Assembly (NCBI GenBank): GCA_025059205.1 | Contig: JANXDS010000001.1 | Location: 361,582-425,581 of the forward strand | Direction: 5' to 3' | DNA: 64,000 nt | Origin: Aigarchaeota archaeon | Lineage (GTDB): Archaea > Thermoproteota > Nitrososphaeria_A > Caldarchaeales > Wolframiiraptoraceae | Part shown: in pieces, positions 48,752-58,611 of the stretch | How the letters are laid out: the number at the start of each line of letters is the position of its first letter | How positions within the stretch are numbered: the first letter of the stretch is position 1 | Program-made: the position numbers and the translations under genes | The notes under the pieces: generated by a model | The model's input: only the letters and a program-made list of their open reading frames with translations | Told to the model about the DNA's origin: nothing | The model's database searches: none

Positions 48752-50150
48752 AATTCTCCACCTTTCTATAAAGGAAATCTCGGAGGCCATTAGGACCGGC
48801 GAGATCTCGCCCGTAGAGCTTGTAATGTCTGTCGTTGAGAGGATTAAGCATCTAAACCCTCTGTTGAACGCTTACATCTCCGTATTTGAGCAGTCTGTCG
48901 TCGATGAGGCTTCAAAGGCAGAAGCGGAGATACGTGCCGGAAGATGGTTGGGACCTCTACACGGTGTGCCGCTGTCCATCAAAGACGTATTTTACTTAAA
49001 GGACGTAAAGATGACAGCAGGTTCGCCCATACTTAAAGATTTCATAGCTAGGCATGACGCAACCGTTGTAAGGAAGTTGCGCGAAGCTGGTGCTATATTC
49101 GTAGGCAAGACAAATTTACACGAGTTCGCTTACGGTGTGACAAACGTCAATCCACATTTTGGAGCGACAAGAAACCCGTGGAATTTGAACAGAATCGCGG
49201 GCGGAAGCAGTGGCGGCTCCGCGGCAGCTGTAGCGGCCGGCATGTGCTTCGCATCGCTAGGCACGGACACAGGCGGCTCGACTAGAATACCGGCATCGCT
49301 TTGCGGCATCGTAGGTTTCAAACCAACTTACGGTCTAGTGAGCAAGTACGGCGTCTTTCCGCTCGCATGGTCCTTAGACCATGTTGGGATATTGGCGAGA
49401 AGTGCTTGGGACGTAGGGATCTTGTTAGAGACGATCGCAGGATATGATCCGTTAGATTCCACGACACTTATTTCCAAACCGTTCGAAGTAAAACAAATCG
49501 ATAACTACAACGTAAAAAGGTTGAGGATCGGCGTACCGAGCAGTAGTTTCTTGGAACCGCTCCAAGAAGACGTCAAAAGGCTTTTCTGGAATTCCTTGAA
49601 AAAGTTGGAGGACGAGGGCTGGCAGGTCCATGAGTTCGACTTTAAACACTTTGAGCATGTATCCGCATGTAGGTACATCATTTTGTTGACGGAAGCAGCT
49701 TCTTTACATGCAGGCTGGCTCAAAAAGAATCCAGAGCTTTACAGCGATGAGCTGAGACATAGATTGATGCTTGGTTTGCTGGTTCCGCCAGACGTTTACC
49801 TGAAAGCTCAGAGGGCTAGGAAGGTACTCCTCAAGGAGTTCTTGAGGGCGATGAAGGATCTAGACCTTATAGCGTGCCCGACAACGTCGATAATCGCTCC
49901 GATGATAGGTGAGGAAAAAATCCTGGTGAATGGTGTGGAGTTAAGCGTAAGGCTAGCTTTGCTTAGGCTAACCGAACCATTTAACGCGCTTGCACTTCCT
50001 GCGATATCCGTGCCTTGCGGCATTTCAGAGGATGGTCTGCCGGTAGGCCTTCAGATGGTCGCTAAGCCTTTCCATGACGGTCTGTTACTCGCAGCAGCCT
50101 TAGCTTATGAAGAAATAACCGGCAACAGATATAGAATACCGCCGCTATAG
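48738..50150 (+). CDS. Amidase-signature family amidase (not canonical GatA)
   Basis: GPLHGVPLSIKD, GKTNLHEFAYG, GGSSGGS, GTDTGGSTRIPA. Confidence 0.92.
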   Translation: MRKREILHLSIKEISEAIRTGEISPVELVMSVVERIKHLNPLLNAYISVFEQSVVDEASKAEAEIRAGRWLGPLHGVPLSIKDVFYLKDVKMTAGSPILKDFIARHDATVVRKLREAGAIFVGKTNLHEFAYGVTNVNPHFGATRNPWNLNRIAGGSSGGSAAAVAAGMCFASLGTDTGGSTRIPASLCGIVGFKPTYGLVSKYGVFPLAWSLDHVGILARSAWDVGILLETIAGYDPLDSTTLISKPFEVKQIDNYNVKRLRIGVPSSSFLEPLQEDVKRLFWNSLKKLEDEGWQVHEFDFKHFEHVSACRYIILLTEAASLHAGWLKKNPELYSDELRHRLMLGLLVPPDVYLKAQRARKVLLKEFLRAMKDLDLIACPTTSIIAPMIGEEKILVNGVELSVRLALLRLTEPFNALALPAISVPCGISEDGLPVGLQMVAKPFHDGLLLAAALAYEEITGNRYRIPPL

Positions 50151-51152
50151 CTTTACGTCAACGACCGGACACACGGGGGGCAGTATATCCTTAACCGTTA
50201 ATAATCCTGGTCTCGCCTCTATGACCCTTTGCACAGAGTTTACTACTATGGCTGCGGTTGCGATATCTCCAGGTGTGCCTGTGATGCATCTCCAAGTAAG
50301 ACTGGGCTCGCCGCGTATCTTGATCTCCTCGTAATCCTCTTCACCCACGGCAGCGATCAGCTTCAGTCTAATGAAATCTAATCCGTTAATGTATCCGATA
50401 CCCTGACCCAATATTCCTCTGACGTGCGATTCCTTAATCCGTATATCACCTACAGAGATTTCTTCCTTCGCCAGTAGCGGCTCCGTTGTTTCAGTAACTT
50501 TCTGAAGTCTTACACCGATTATGCTGGCAATCAAGAGTACGGATTCTGAAAAGCCAACGTGACATGTTATGTCACCAGATAGTAGCCTCCTCCTAAACTC
50601 CTCTTGAGAAAGTCCCAATCCTATCTTTTTCTGGAAAGACTTCCTTCTCTTGCTTGCGTCGAGTGACCTAGTGACTTCTATCTTGCTGATCTTTACGCAG
50701 GGTGCAGTAAGTAGCGAAGGCAGAAGGTCCATAAGGAAGCCAGGATTAATACCAAGACCAACGACGCTTACCCCATACCTTTTTGCCTCGTTGTCGAGTT
50801 TAGCCGCTAACTCCGGATATCTATAATACGGATACGCCAACGTTTCGCATGTTGATATCACATCGGCATGATGGACGATCGACAATGAGATCTGGTCATA
50901 CACCTTATCAAGATAACTTCCGGTGGCATGAAATACTACGTCTGGTTTTGTATTCTTAAGCACCGTTTCTGCATCGGACTCGACCTTTATGCCCATGAGC
51001 TTATTTAAACCTAAAACTTGGCCTACATCCTTACCTACGATGCTTGGCGAAACGTCTATCGCTCCTACCAGCTCGTAGCCATTTCTCGCTAAAGCAACCG
51101 AAGTGATCAGCGATCCTATCGGACCTAGACCGTACGAGACAAACCTTACCAT
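50145..51152 (-). CDS. 2,4-diaminopentanoate-dehydrogenase-like / native amine dehydrogenase family protein
   Basis: YGLGPIG, DVVFHAT, ISTCE, GINPGF, HVGFSES, GDIATAA. Confidence 0.75.
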   Translation of the reverse strand: MVRFVSYGLGPIGSLITSVALARNGYELVGAIDVSPSIVGKDVGQVLGLNKLMGIKVESDAETVLKNTKPDVVFHATGSYLDKVYDQISLSIVHHADVISTCETLAYPYYRYPELAAKLDNEAKRYGVSVVGLGINPGFLMDLLPSLLTAPCVKISKIEVTRSLDASKRRKSFQKKIGLGLSQEEFRRRLLSGDITCHVGFSESVLLIASIIGVRLQKVTETTEPLLAKEEISVGDIRIKESHVRGILGQGIGYINGLDFIRLKLIAAVGEEDYEEIKIRGEPSLTWRCITGTPGDIATAAIVVNSVQRVIEARPGLLTVKDILPPVCPVVDVKL

Positions 51153-51205
51153 ACCAGCTACGAGTGTTTTTCGTAAAGTCACAACTATAAATCGTTAACG
51201 GTCAG

Positions 51206-52759
51206 CTAAAGTGCCTTCTTGGCCTTTCCGAGCCCGGCTGGCTCTAGGTTGAACACGATAGTCTTAAGCACGGTCATCTCGTCTATACTATAACCTATGC
51301 CCTCCCTGCCTATGCCAGAATCCTTCACACCACCGAACGGGAAGAAGCCGACACCGTGCCTAGGCATATCATTTATAGTAACTTCGCCAACCTGTAACCT
51401 CTTCGCAACCTTCCACATTCTGTAAAAGTTATTCGTAAATACACAAGAGTCAAGCCCGTACTTGGACCTATACGAGATCTCTATCGCCTCGTCCTCGTTT
51501 TCTATCCTGACGATCGGTATGACTGGACCAAACGTTTCCTCCCATACTATTCTGGCCTCGAGCGGAACGTAGTCGAGAACCGTCGGCTCAAAGTAGCATC
51601 CCCAGTATCTTCCACCCCTAAGCAACTTAGCTCCTTTCTCCAGAGCATCCTTCACCAGATCGTGAACATACTCTACAGCCTTTCTGTTGATCATGGGGCC
51701 CATCATAACGTCCGGATCCCTAGGATCTCCGAACTTCCATCCATCCACCTCTCTCAACAGTTTTTCGACAAAGGCATCCGCAACACTTTTTTGAACTAAG
51801 ACCACGCTTATTGCGTCGCATCTCTGCCCTGCGTTCCTCAAAGAACCCTCAACGCACTTTTTTGCCGCAAGGTTTAGGTCAGCATCGTCGAGAACTACCG
51901 CTAGCGCCTTTCCACCCAACTCAAGGTGCATGGACTTTATTGTCGATGCCCTGTAAAGCTCTTTCCCAGTTGCCGTGCTACCCGTAAACGAAACCAAACG
52001 AACCTTTTCGCTCGATGCCAACAGACTGGCAATCTTACCTGGGCCCGTGACTACGTTCAGACAACCACGCGGCAACCCCGCCTCCTCTAGTATCCTGGCA
52101 AAAAGTAGCTGGCTGAGCGGATCGTCGCTAGCTGGCTTAACCACTACAGAGTTACCGGACAGGAGTGCAGGTATGATCTTCGCCGCAGGTATGTAAAGCG
52201 GGTAGTTGAACGGGCCTATCGCGCCGACTACACCGACGGGCTCGTGAATCACCAGAGCTATCTTTCCAACAGTGTCCTCCGACCAGTCGCCCGGTATATA
52301 TTCGCCGAATATCTTTCTTGCTTCCTCCATTGTCAGCCGCATTCTATCAATCGTTGCCTTCACTTCTCCTAGCGCGTCCCTCCTAGGCTTTCCTGCCTCG
52401 AGTACTAGTGTCTCGACAAAATCTTGGACCCTTTCCTTCATGAGTTCTACCGCTAAGTGGAATATCTCTATCCTGCTGATTGCGGCAATATCTCTTATCC
52501 TTCTCTGGCTTTCTTTTGCTATGTCTATCGCTAACTCCATATCCTTCTCTCCAGCTTTTTGCGCTCTTGCGATAACGCTCTCATCGATCGGCGTGTCTAT
52601 ATCGAAAGTTTCGTTCGTCGAAGCCTTGACCCATTTTCCGTCCAAAAAAATCTTGAAGGTAGGTATGCCGTCAGGCCCTACTTCGTAAATCTCGTCGAAG
52701 AACGTGCCAAGCCTTAGCTTAGGTGTCCCGTATTCTAGTCTCGGCCCTACTACGGACAA
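51206..52759 (-). CDS. gapN: Non-phosphorylating glyceraldehyde-3-phosphate dehydrogenase, archaeal GAPN type
   Basis: GEYIPGDW, PFNYPL, ELGG, GQRCDAI, INDMPRHGVGFFPFGG, REGIGY resemble Thermoproteus GAPN. Confidence 0.85.
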   Translation of the reverse strand: MSVVGPRLEYGTPKLRLGTFFDEIYEVGPDGIPTFKIFLDGKWVKASTNETFDIDTPIDESVIARAQKAGEKDMELAIDIAKESQRRIRDIAAISRIEIFHLAVELMKERVQDFVETLVLEAGKPRRDALGEVKATIDRMRLTMEEARKIFGEYIPGDWSEDTVGKIALVIHEPVGVVGAIGPFNYPLYIPAAKIIPALLSGNSVVVKPASDDPLSQLLFARILEEAGLPRGCLNVVTGPGKIASLLASSEKVRLVSFTGSTATGKELYRASTIKSMHLELGGKALAVVLDDADLNLAAKKCVEGSLRNAGQRCDAISVVLVQKSVADAFVEKLLREVDGWKFGDPRDPDVMMGPMINRKAVEYVHDLVKDALEKGAKLLRGGRYWGCYFEPTVLDYVPLEARIVWEETFGPVIPIVRIENEDEAIEISYRSKYGLDSCVFTNNFYRMWKVAKRLQVGEVTINDMPRHGVGFFPFGGVKDSGIGREGIGYSIDEMTVLKTIVFNLEPAGLGKAKKAL

Positions 52760-52868
52760 ATAAGTTCACCCGTGTCAAACTAAAGGTTCGCTTACCACAT
52801 TAAAAAGCTTTAATAATATATAATAACATTTAAAGAACATTTAAAGAGATTTATATACGTTTTAAAGA

Positions 52869-54422
52869 TTGATGATCTTTGTGAAAGAAGGTAAGTATGT
52901 CGCGGCAGTTGACCAAGGGACGACTGGTACTAGGTGCATGATCTTTGATGTAGAGAGTAACATAATAGGGTGGGTGTACGAAGAACATAGGCAGATATAT
53001 CCGATGCCCGGATGGGTTGAGCACGATCCTGTGGAGATATGGGAGAAAACGCAGTACGTGATTTCTGAGACTTTGAAGCGTTCGGGTGTAGACCCTAAAG
53101 ATATAGCAGCGATCGGTGTTACGAACCAGCGTGAGACAACAGTGGTCTGGGACCCCAAGACGGGAAAGCCTTTGTCGAACGCAATAGTATGGCAGGACAC
53201 TAGAACCAAAGATATATGCGAGCAACTAAGAAGAGAGGATTATGAAAAAACGTTGATACATCCAAAGACCGGTGTATTTTCCTTCACTTACTTCTCCGGC
53301 CCTAAGATCAAGTGGTTGCTCGAGAACGTCCCAGGCTTGATGGAGAAGGCTAAAAAAGGTGAGGTGATGTTTGGAACAATAGATTCTTGGCTCATTTGGA
53401 ATCTAACGGGCGGACCAAGCGGTGGTGTGCACGTGACAGATTACACGAACGCCTCCAGGACGATGCTCATGGACATACATAAGCTCGAGTGGTGCGAAGA
53501 GATACTCGAGCTCCTAAAAATACCGGACGCAATTTTACCAGAGATCAGGCCCTCTTCTGATAAATCGATCTACGGTTACACGAGGTCCGATGGTCCTTTT
53601 GGAGCAGAAATACCTGTTTGCGGGGACCTCGGAGACCAGCAGGCTGCACTCGTAGGTCAAGTCTGCTTTGAGAGAGGTATGGCGAAGAACACATACGGTA
53701 CAGGTTGCTTCTTGCTACAAAATATAGGCACGAAGCCTGAACTCTCAAAGCATGGTTTGCTTACGACGGTAGCGTACAGTATGGAGACGGGCAAGTGTAC
53801 TTACGCCCTTGAGGGGTCGATAGCGGTAACAGGTGCCGCGATACAGTGGTTAAGGGACAACCTGAAGATAATAAGCTCAGCATCCGAGACCGAAGCGATT
53901 GCGAGGTCCGTGGAGCAAGAGGGATCGGGTGGTGTTTACTTCGTACCGGCCTTTAGCGGACTTTTTGCACCTTATTGGGACCTGGACGCTAGGGGTGTTA
54001 TAGTTGGTCTGACGAGGTTCATCAGAAGGGAGCACATAGTTCACGCGACGCTTGAAAGCATATGCTATCAAACGAGAGATGTGCTCGAGTCTATAGCATC
54101 AGACACAGGCAGTAGATTAACAGAGCTTAAGGTAGACGGGGGAGCAGTTGTCAACGACTACCTGATGCAGCTTCAAGCGGACATAATCGGCGCTAAAGTT
54201 ATAATACCAAAGGTCACAGAGACTACTTCGCTAGGTTGTGTTTACGCCGCAGGCCTCGCGGTCGGCTTTTGGAAAGATTTGGATGAGCTGAAAAAGCTTT
54301 GGAAGGTCGATAAGGTATTCCAACCGAGATGGCCCGAGGAAAAAAGGGAGAGGATGTATAAAGGATGGAAGGCAGCAATCGAACGTGCTAAGGGTTGGCT
54401 TAAGGATATAGGCGCTACGTGA
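52869..54422 (+). CDS. glpK: Glycerol kinase
   Basis: [49 protein letters not shown]. Confidence 0.97.
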   Translation: MMIFVKEGKYVAAVDQGTTGTRCMIFDVESNIIGWVYEEHRQIYPMPGWVEHDPVEIWEKTQYVISETLKRSGVDPKDIAAIGVTNQRETTVVWDPKTGKPLSNAIVWQDTRTKDICEQLRREDYEKTLIHPKTGVFSFTYFSGPKIKWLLENVPGLMEKAKKGEVMFGTIDSWLIWNLTGGPSGGVHVTDYTNASRTMLMDIHKLEWCEEILELLKIPDAILPEIRPSSDKSIYGYTRSDGPFGAEIPVCGDLGDQQAALVGQVCFERGMAKNTYGTGCFLLQNIGTKPELSKHGLLTTVAYSMETGKCTYALEGSIAVTGAAIQWLRDNLKIISSASETEAIARSVEQEGSGGVYFVPAFSGLFAPYWDLDARGVIVGLTRFIRREHIVHATLESICYQTRDVLESIASDTGSRLTELKVDGGAVVNDYLMQLQADIIGAKVIIPKVTETTSLGCVYAAGLAVGFWKDLDELKKLWKVDKVFQPRWPEEKRERMYKGWKAAIERAKGWLKDIGAT

Positions 54423-54428
54423 TGTACG

Positions 54429-55715
54429 TTGGGAAGGTATGATGTAATAATAATAGGTGGCGGCGTAACAGGCTTAGCGGTCGCACATGACCTCGCGTTA
54501 AGAGGCCTCAAGCCAGTAGTTTTCGAAAGGAACGACCTCCTAAGCGGCACATCGGGGAAGTATCATGGGCTTCTGCACAGCGGTGCGAGGTATGCCGTCA
54601 ATGACCCTGAAGCAGCTTACGAGTGTGCAGTTGAGAACGAGATAATAAAAAAGATCGCGGGACACTGTGTAGAGGATACTGGTGGGTACTTTGTCTTATT
54701 GGACGAGGAGGAATATTACGATGAGTTTAAGAGAGGATGCAAAGAGAACGATATTCCAATAAAGGACGTAGACGTCGATGAAGCCCTAAAAGAAGAACCA
54801 AACCTTAATCCTAACATTAAAGCAGTAATCGAGGTCCAGGATGCCGTCCTTTATGCTTACAAGTTTGCCGTTAGCTTAGGTTTAGCCGCCAAGATGAACG
54901 GTGCCGATATAAGAATATACAACGAAGTCGTAGGGTTGCTGAGGGAAGGCAGACGGGTTTTAGGTGTAAAGGTTCTTGATAAAATTAACAACGTAGTGTA
55001 TGAGGAGAAAGCGGAAGTGAGCGTCGTAGCAGCCGGCCCTTGGTCAGAAAAGATTGCAAATATGGCAAAAATCCAGAACGTAAAGATGGTTTTAACAGCA
55101 GGTACGATGGCCGTTGTCCCTTATAGGTTGTCCAAGAGAGTTATTAACAAGATGAGAGCTCCGTCAGATGGTGATATAGTCGTACCGTACTACAACAATT
55201 CCATAGTCGGCACGACGGCGTATATAGTAGAGGATCCTGATAACTACACAGTACCACCAGAAGACGTCGAGTTCCTCATGGAGGAAGGTAGCGCTATATT
55301 CCCTGCGATTAAAAAGATAGGGTTCTCCAGGTTGTATTCATCCGTCAGGCCGCTGATATCGTTAGGTGAAGAGATTGATACGAGGAAGATATCGAGGCGT
55401 TATGAAATATACGACCATGAAGATCTGCATAACGTGGAAGGGTTTTTGACCGCCATAGGTGGTAAGTTTACGACGGCGCGCGCTATGGCAGAGGCAATCT
55501 CTGATCTTACATGTAAAAAGCTTGGCGTTAGAAAGGAATGCAAAACAAAAGATACCAAGCTCCCAGACCCGATCGAGGCGTTAAACGCCGGACAGATAAC
55601 GATAAAGGGATTTCCCGAAAGTTTTGTCAAAAGAGTTCTGGAGAAAAGGGGAACGGTAGACGAAGAGTTCTTGATAAATGCTCTTTACCTAATTGTCGCA
55701 TCTTCTCTATGGTGA
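54429..55715 (+). CDS. glpA: FAD-dependent glycerol-3-phosphate dehydrogenase, C-terminally short GlpA type
   Basis: GGGVTG, GTSGKYHGLLHSGARY, RAPSDGD, GGKFTT; 428 aa with no CxC Fe-S tail. Confidence 0.9.
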   Translation: MGRYDVIIIGGGVTGLAVAHDLALRGLKPVVFERNDLLSGTSGKYHGLLHSGARYAVNDPEAAYECAVENEIIKKIAGHCVEDTGGYFVLLDEEEYYDEFKRGCKENDIPIKDVDVDEALKEEPNLNPNIKAVIEVQDAVLYAYKFAVSLGLAAKMNGADIRIYNEVVGLLREGRRVLGVKVLDKINNVVYEEKAEVSVVAAGPWSEKIANMAKIQNVKMVLTAGTMAVVPYRLSKRVINKMRAPSDGDIVVPYYNNSIVGTTAYIVEDPDNYTVPPEDVEFLMEEGSAIFPAIKKIGFSRLYSSVRPLISLGEEIDTRKISRRYEIYDHEDLHNVEGFLTAIGGKFTTARAMAEAISDLTCKKLGVRKECKTKDTKLPDPIEALNAGQITIKGFPESFVKRVLEKRGTVDEEFLINALYLIVASSLW

Positions 55716-55724
55716 TGCAACAAG

Positions 55725-56204
55725 TTGATAAAGATATCCGATAAGTTTGTGGTTAAAGCGGATGTCAAAGACGTATGGTCCGTCGTGAGCAACATGCCTG
55801 AAGTTGTTTCATGCTTTCCGAACGTGCAGAAGATTGAGACACTAAGCGATGGTAGCGTGAAGGTTACGTTTAGGGTTGATATCTCTGGTGCCGAAGATAA
55901 GAGTTTAACTTCGTATCTTTCTAGAATTACCGGTAAGATGGATGTAAAGTATACAGAGTTGAATCCCATGAAATCTTTAAAGGTGAACGCAAAAGGCTCT
56001 GTCGCAGGCGCAAAAGTTTTTGTAAACTTATCAGTTAACCTATCTAGCCTTGCAGACGGCTCTACGCAGGTTGCTTATGACGTAGAAGCGGATGCTGGCA
56101 TGTTGGCGAAGCTATTCAGCATGGGTCTAATACATAAGATAATCGAGAGCAATGCTTCTGCATTCATAAAGAAATTCAAAACAATGCTTGAGAAGAGTGT
56201 GTAA
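55725..56204 (+). CDS. CoxG/SRPBCC family protein
   Basis: VWSVVSNMPEVVSCFP and GMLAKLFSMGL pattern; directly after glpA. Confidence 0.8.
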   Translation: MIKISDKFVVKADVKDVWSVVSNMPEVVSCFPNVQKIETLSDGSVKVTFRVDISGAEDKSLTSYLSRITGKMDVKYTELNPMKSLKVNAKGSVAGAKVFVNLSVNLSSLADGSTQVAYDVEADAGMLAKLFSMGLIHKIIESNASAFIKKFKTMLEKSV

Positions 56205-56210
56205 AAACGT

Positions 56211-56768
56211 TTGCCAACAAGAATAGCAGAGTTGCTAGCTAAGCGGTTAAGACCTGTTGGTGAGCTGCTACCGCATAGTAGCTCTGCCGCGGTTATGCTG
56301 ATGCTGTTTCTGAATAACAGCGACCTCGAGGTGCTTTTCGTAAAACGCAAGGACGACCCTAACGATCCCTGGTCAGGTCAAGTGGCGTTGCCTGGAGGAC
56401 GCCGAAAACCTTCAGACAATTCTATACTGGAAACTGCCGTTAGAGAGACGTTCGAGGAAGTTGGAATAATGGTAGATCCTAGAAGAACGGTACTCGGCGC
56501 TTTGCCGGACGTAAGCTCTTTGAGAAATCCCGATATACTGGTAACACCTTTCGTCGCCCTTCTAGAAGAAAAACGACCGGTCAAGCTTTCTTCAGAACTC
56601 TCTGACTACTTCTGGGCATCCATTAAAGACCTGAGGAAAGATGAGGTCAAAGTTAGCTTACAAAACGGTGAAACGAAAACAGTTAAGGCATACGTTTATG
56701 GAGTCTACGTGATATGGGGGCTAACCGCGCAGATAATCGACTCGCTTCTAAAAATTTTAGAAGATTGA
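56211..56768 (+). CDS. Nudix hydrolase, CoA pyrophosphatase-like
   Basis: SGQVALPGG, AVRETFEEVG, IWGLTA. Confidence 0.9.
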   Translation: MPTRIAELLAKRLRPVGELLPHSSSAAVMLMLFLNNSDLEVLFVKRKDDPNDPWSGQVALPGGRRKPSDNSILETAVRETFEEVGIMVDPRRTVLGALPDVSSLRNPDILVTPFVALLEEKRPVKLSSELSDYFWASIKDLRKDEVKVSLQNGETKTVKAYVYGVYVIWGLTAQIIDSLLKILED

Positions 56769-56898
56769 ATCTCGGATCTGAGCGCGTTCTAATCGCCTAA
56801 ACATGAACTAGAATTTTATGCGAATATACGCCCGGATGTTTCGAAAAATTTAAAGAAAGAAAAGGATATCTTCAAGATTTCCACCAGTTTGTGACGCG

Positions 56899-56991
56899 AT
56901 GAAGATAACGAAGAGGGAAGTGGTAACACTTTCTCTGGTCGCGCTGGAGGCTATGATTATCTACGTGATAATTTACGTTGCGCTAATGTGA
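56899..56991 (+). CDS. 30-aa single-TM microprotein MKITKREVVTLSLVALEAMIIYVIIYVALM
   Basis: Manual translation; stop overlaps the next gene's ATG (TGATG). Confidence 0.5.
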   Translation: MKITKREVVTLSLVALEAMIIYVIIYVALM

Positions 56992-57269
56992 TGGAGAATG
57001 CTAAAATACCCGAAACGAAAAGTCTTATGTCGATGAACTGGATGACTGTTGTAGGTCTAATCCTGCTTCTCGTGGGCGCACTTATAATATTGATGGCAAT
57101 AGGTTTTCTAAGACGCCTGAGCGGTGGTGGAAAGGCCCAGTTTGGCGGCGTAGTTCTCCTAGGGCCGATACCGATAGTCTTCGGTGATAAAAACCTAGCC
57201 AGCATCCTTTTAGTTGTTGCGGTGGTACTTGCTATAACGTTTATGGTAATTGCCTTCTTTCTTTATTAG
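56988..57269 (+). CDS. DUF131 membrane protein
   Basis: GGVVLLGPIPIVFG. Confidence 0.85.
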   Translation: MMENAKIPETKSLMSMNWMTVVGLILLLVGALIILMAIGFLRRLSGGGKAQFGGVVLLGPIPIVFGDKNLASILLVVAVVLAITFMVIAFFLY

Positions 57270-57305
57270 ATAACGCTTCAAGCAACAGGATGCGAGGCGA
57301 TTCGT

Positions 57306-57602
57306 ATGGAAGGTTCCATGAAACAAACCCCGTTGAGCGCTTTCGTGCTGCTAACAATAGGCATATTTCTAATCTTTCTTGCGGTGTTCTTGATAATCGT
57401 AGGTACGTTATTTGTCCTGCCTACAGATGTAAAGGGCGGCGCTCTGTTCTTAATAGGGCCGTTCCCACTCATACTGACGTTCGATAACGTTGCACCTTGG
57501 ATAATGGTGCTCCTGCTCGTCTTACTCATCCTAGTACCTCTGCTACTTATCGTGATATGGTTAAAGTATGGCAGTGTGAAACAAACAAACACCGAGGTGT
57601 AG
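57306..57602 (+). CDS. DUF131-like membrane protein (second paralogue)
   Basis: GGALFLIGPFPLI. Confidence 0.75.
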   Translation: MEGSMKQTPLSAFVLLTIGIFLIFLAVFLIIVGTLFVLPTDVKGGALFLIGPFPLILTFDNVAPWIMVLLLVLLILVPLLLIVIWLKYGSVKQTNTEV

Positions 57603-57604
57603 AT

Positions 57605-58324
57605 ATGCTAACCAGGCGCCGTTTCATTATAATGTCTTCCCTGATCGTTGTCGGAGCATGTCTAACCGTAGGCTACGCAACCACGAAAGAACTCGAGGTA
57701 ACGCGTATAAATCTCGGCCTAAATAGGAAAGTTGTTTTCTTGACGGACCTACATCTACACGAAATTGATGATGTTAAGGAGAAAGTTTTGAACATTGTAG
57801 CGAAGGAGCAACCCGATGCCATTCTTCTAGGAGGAGATACTGTGGATTCTCTAACCTTTAACATGGATGTTGTAAACAAGTACTTTTCGAACCTGGAAGC
57901 AAGGGAAAAGTTCGCCGTTATGGGGAATCATGAATATTGGAGCGGCAAGGCTGGAGAGCTTGCGAGAATTTTAAAGGAGAATGGTTTCGTCATCCTCAAG
58001 GACGCATCAGCACAAGCATCCTTTGGAAAGATATACGGCTTCGACTGGAAGGAAGATAGGAGGTATCCCGAGCTCAGGTTCGAAGGTTTAGTGATCGTTC
58101 ACGATCCGAACGCCGCTTTGAGCATCCTAGACGCGCAGGCCGTATTGGCTGGGCATACACATGGAGGCATAATTATCGCTGGACAACCTATCTACTCGAA
58201 CTCGGTTTACGTAAGGGGGCTCTACAGGCTTAAGGACAACAACATCCTCTACGTTTCGAGAGGCTTGGGTCAGATGTTTCCGTTTAGGTACACTTCACCG
58301 TTAGAACTTGTAATCACCGAATAG
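57605..58324 (+). CDS. Metallophosphoesterase (YkuE-like) with twin-arginine-like N-terminus
   Basis: TDLH, GGD, MGNHE, HDP, GHTHGG, SRGLG; N-terminus MLTRRRFII. Confidence 0.88.
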   Translation: MLTRRRFIIMSSLIVVGACLTVGYATTKELEVTRINLGLNRKVVFLTDLHLHEIDDVKEKVLNIVAKEQPDAILLGGDTVDSLTFNMDVVNKYFSNLEAREKFAVMGNHEYWSGKAGELARILKENGFVILKDASAQASFGKIYGFDWKEDRRYPELRFEGLVIVHDPNAALSILDAQAVLAGHTHGGIIIAGQPIYSNSVYVRGLYRLKDNNILYVSRGLGQMFPFRYTSPLELVITE

Positions 58325-58397
58325 GTATTAATGGTGGCTGTCAGACAAGGCTTAAATTGTAGCCGAAGTAAACAAAATATGGAAGGAGGTTAAGGAT

Positions 58398-58601
58398 CTG
58401 CGGTTCTGTCCAGATTGTGGCGGAACGATGTTCTACGATAGGGAAACCAGACAATATGTGTGCAATAGTTGTGGTGTTTCTTACACTTTACAAGAACTTG
58501 TGATGATAAAAGAAAAGAGGATGTCGCTCAGAGAGGAGCAGGAAAGAAAAAAGCGACAAAAAGAAGAGTATCTGGAGTGGTGGCTCAGTAAGAAGAAATG
58601 A
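58398..58601 (+). CDS. Small Zn-ribbon protein, probable CTG start
   Basis: Manual translation (M)RFCPDCGG...YVCNSCG...EYLEWWLSKKK; GGAGGT 7 nt before the CTG. Confidence 0.7.
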   Translation: MRFCPDCGGTMFYDRETRQYVCNSCGVSYTLQELVMIKEKRMSLREEQERKKRQKEEYLEWWLSKKK

Positions 58602-58611
58602 CGCACTGGAT

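Noticed and set aside
48738-50150. Calling the amidase gatA
   Set aside because: Lacks GatA-specific motifs and gatB context.
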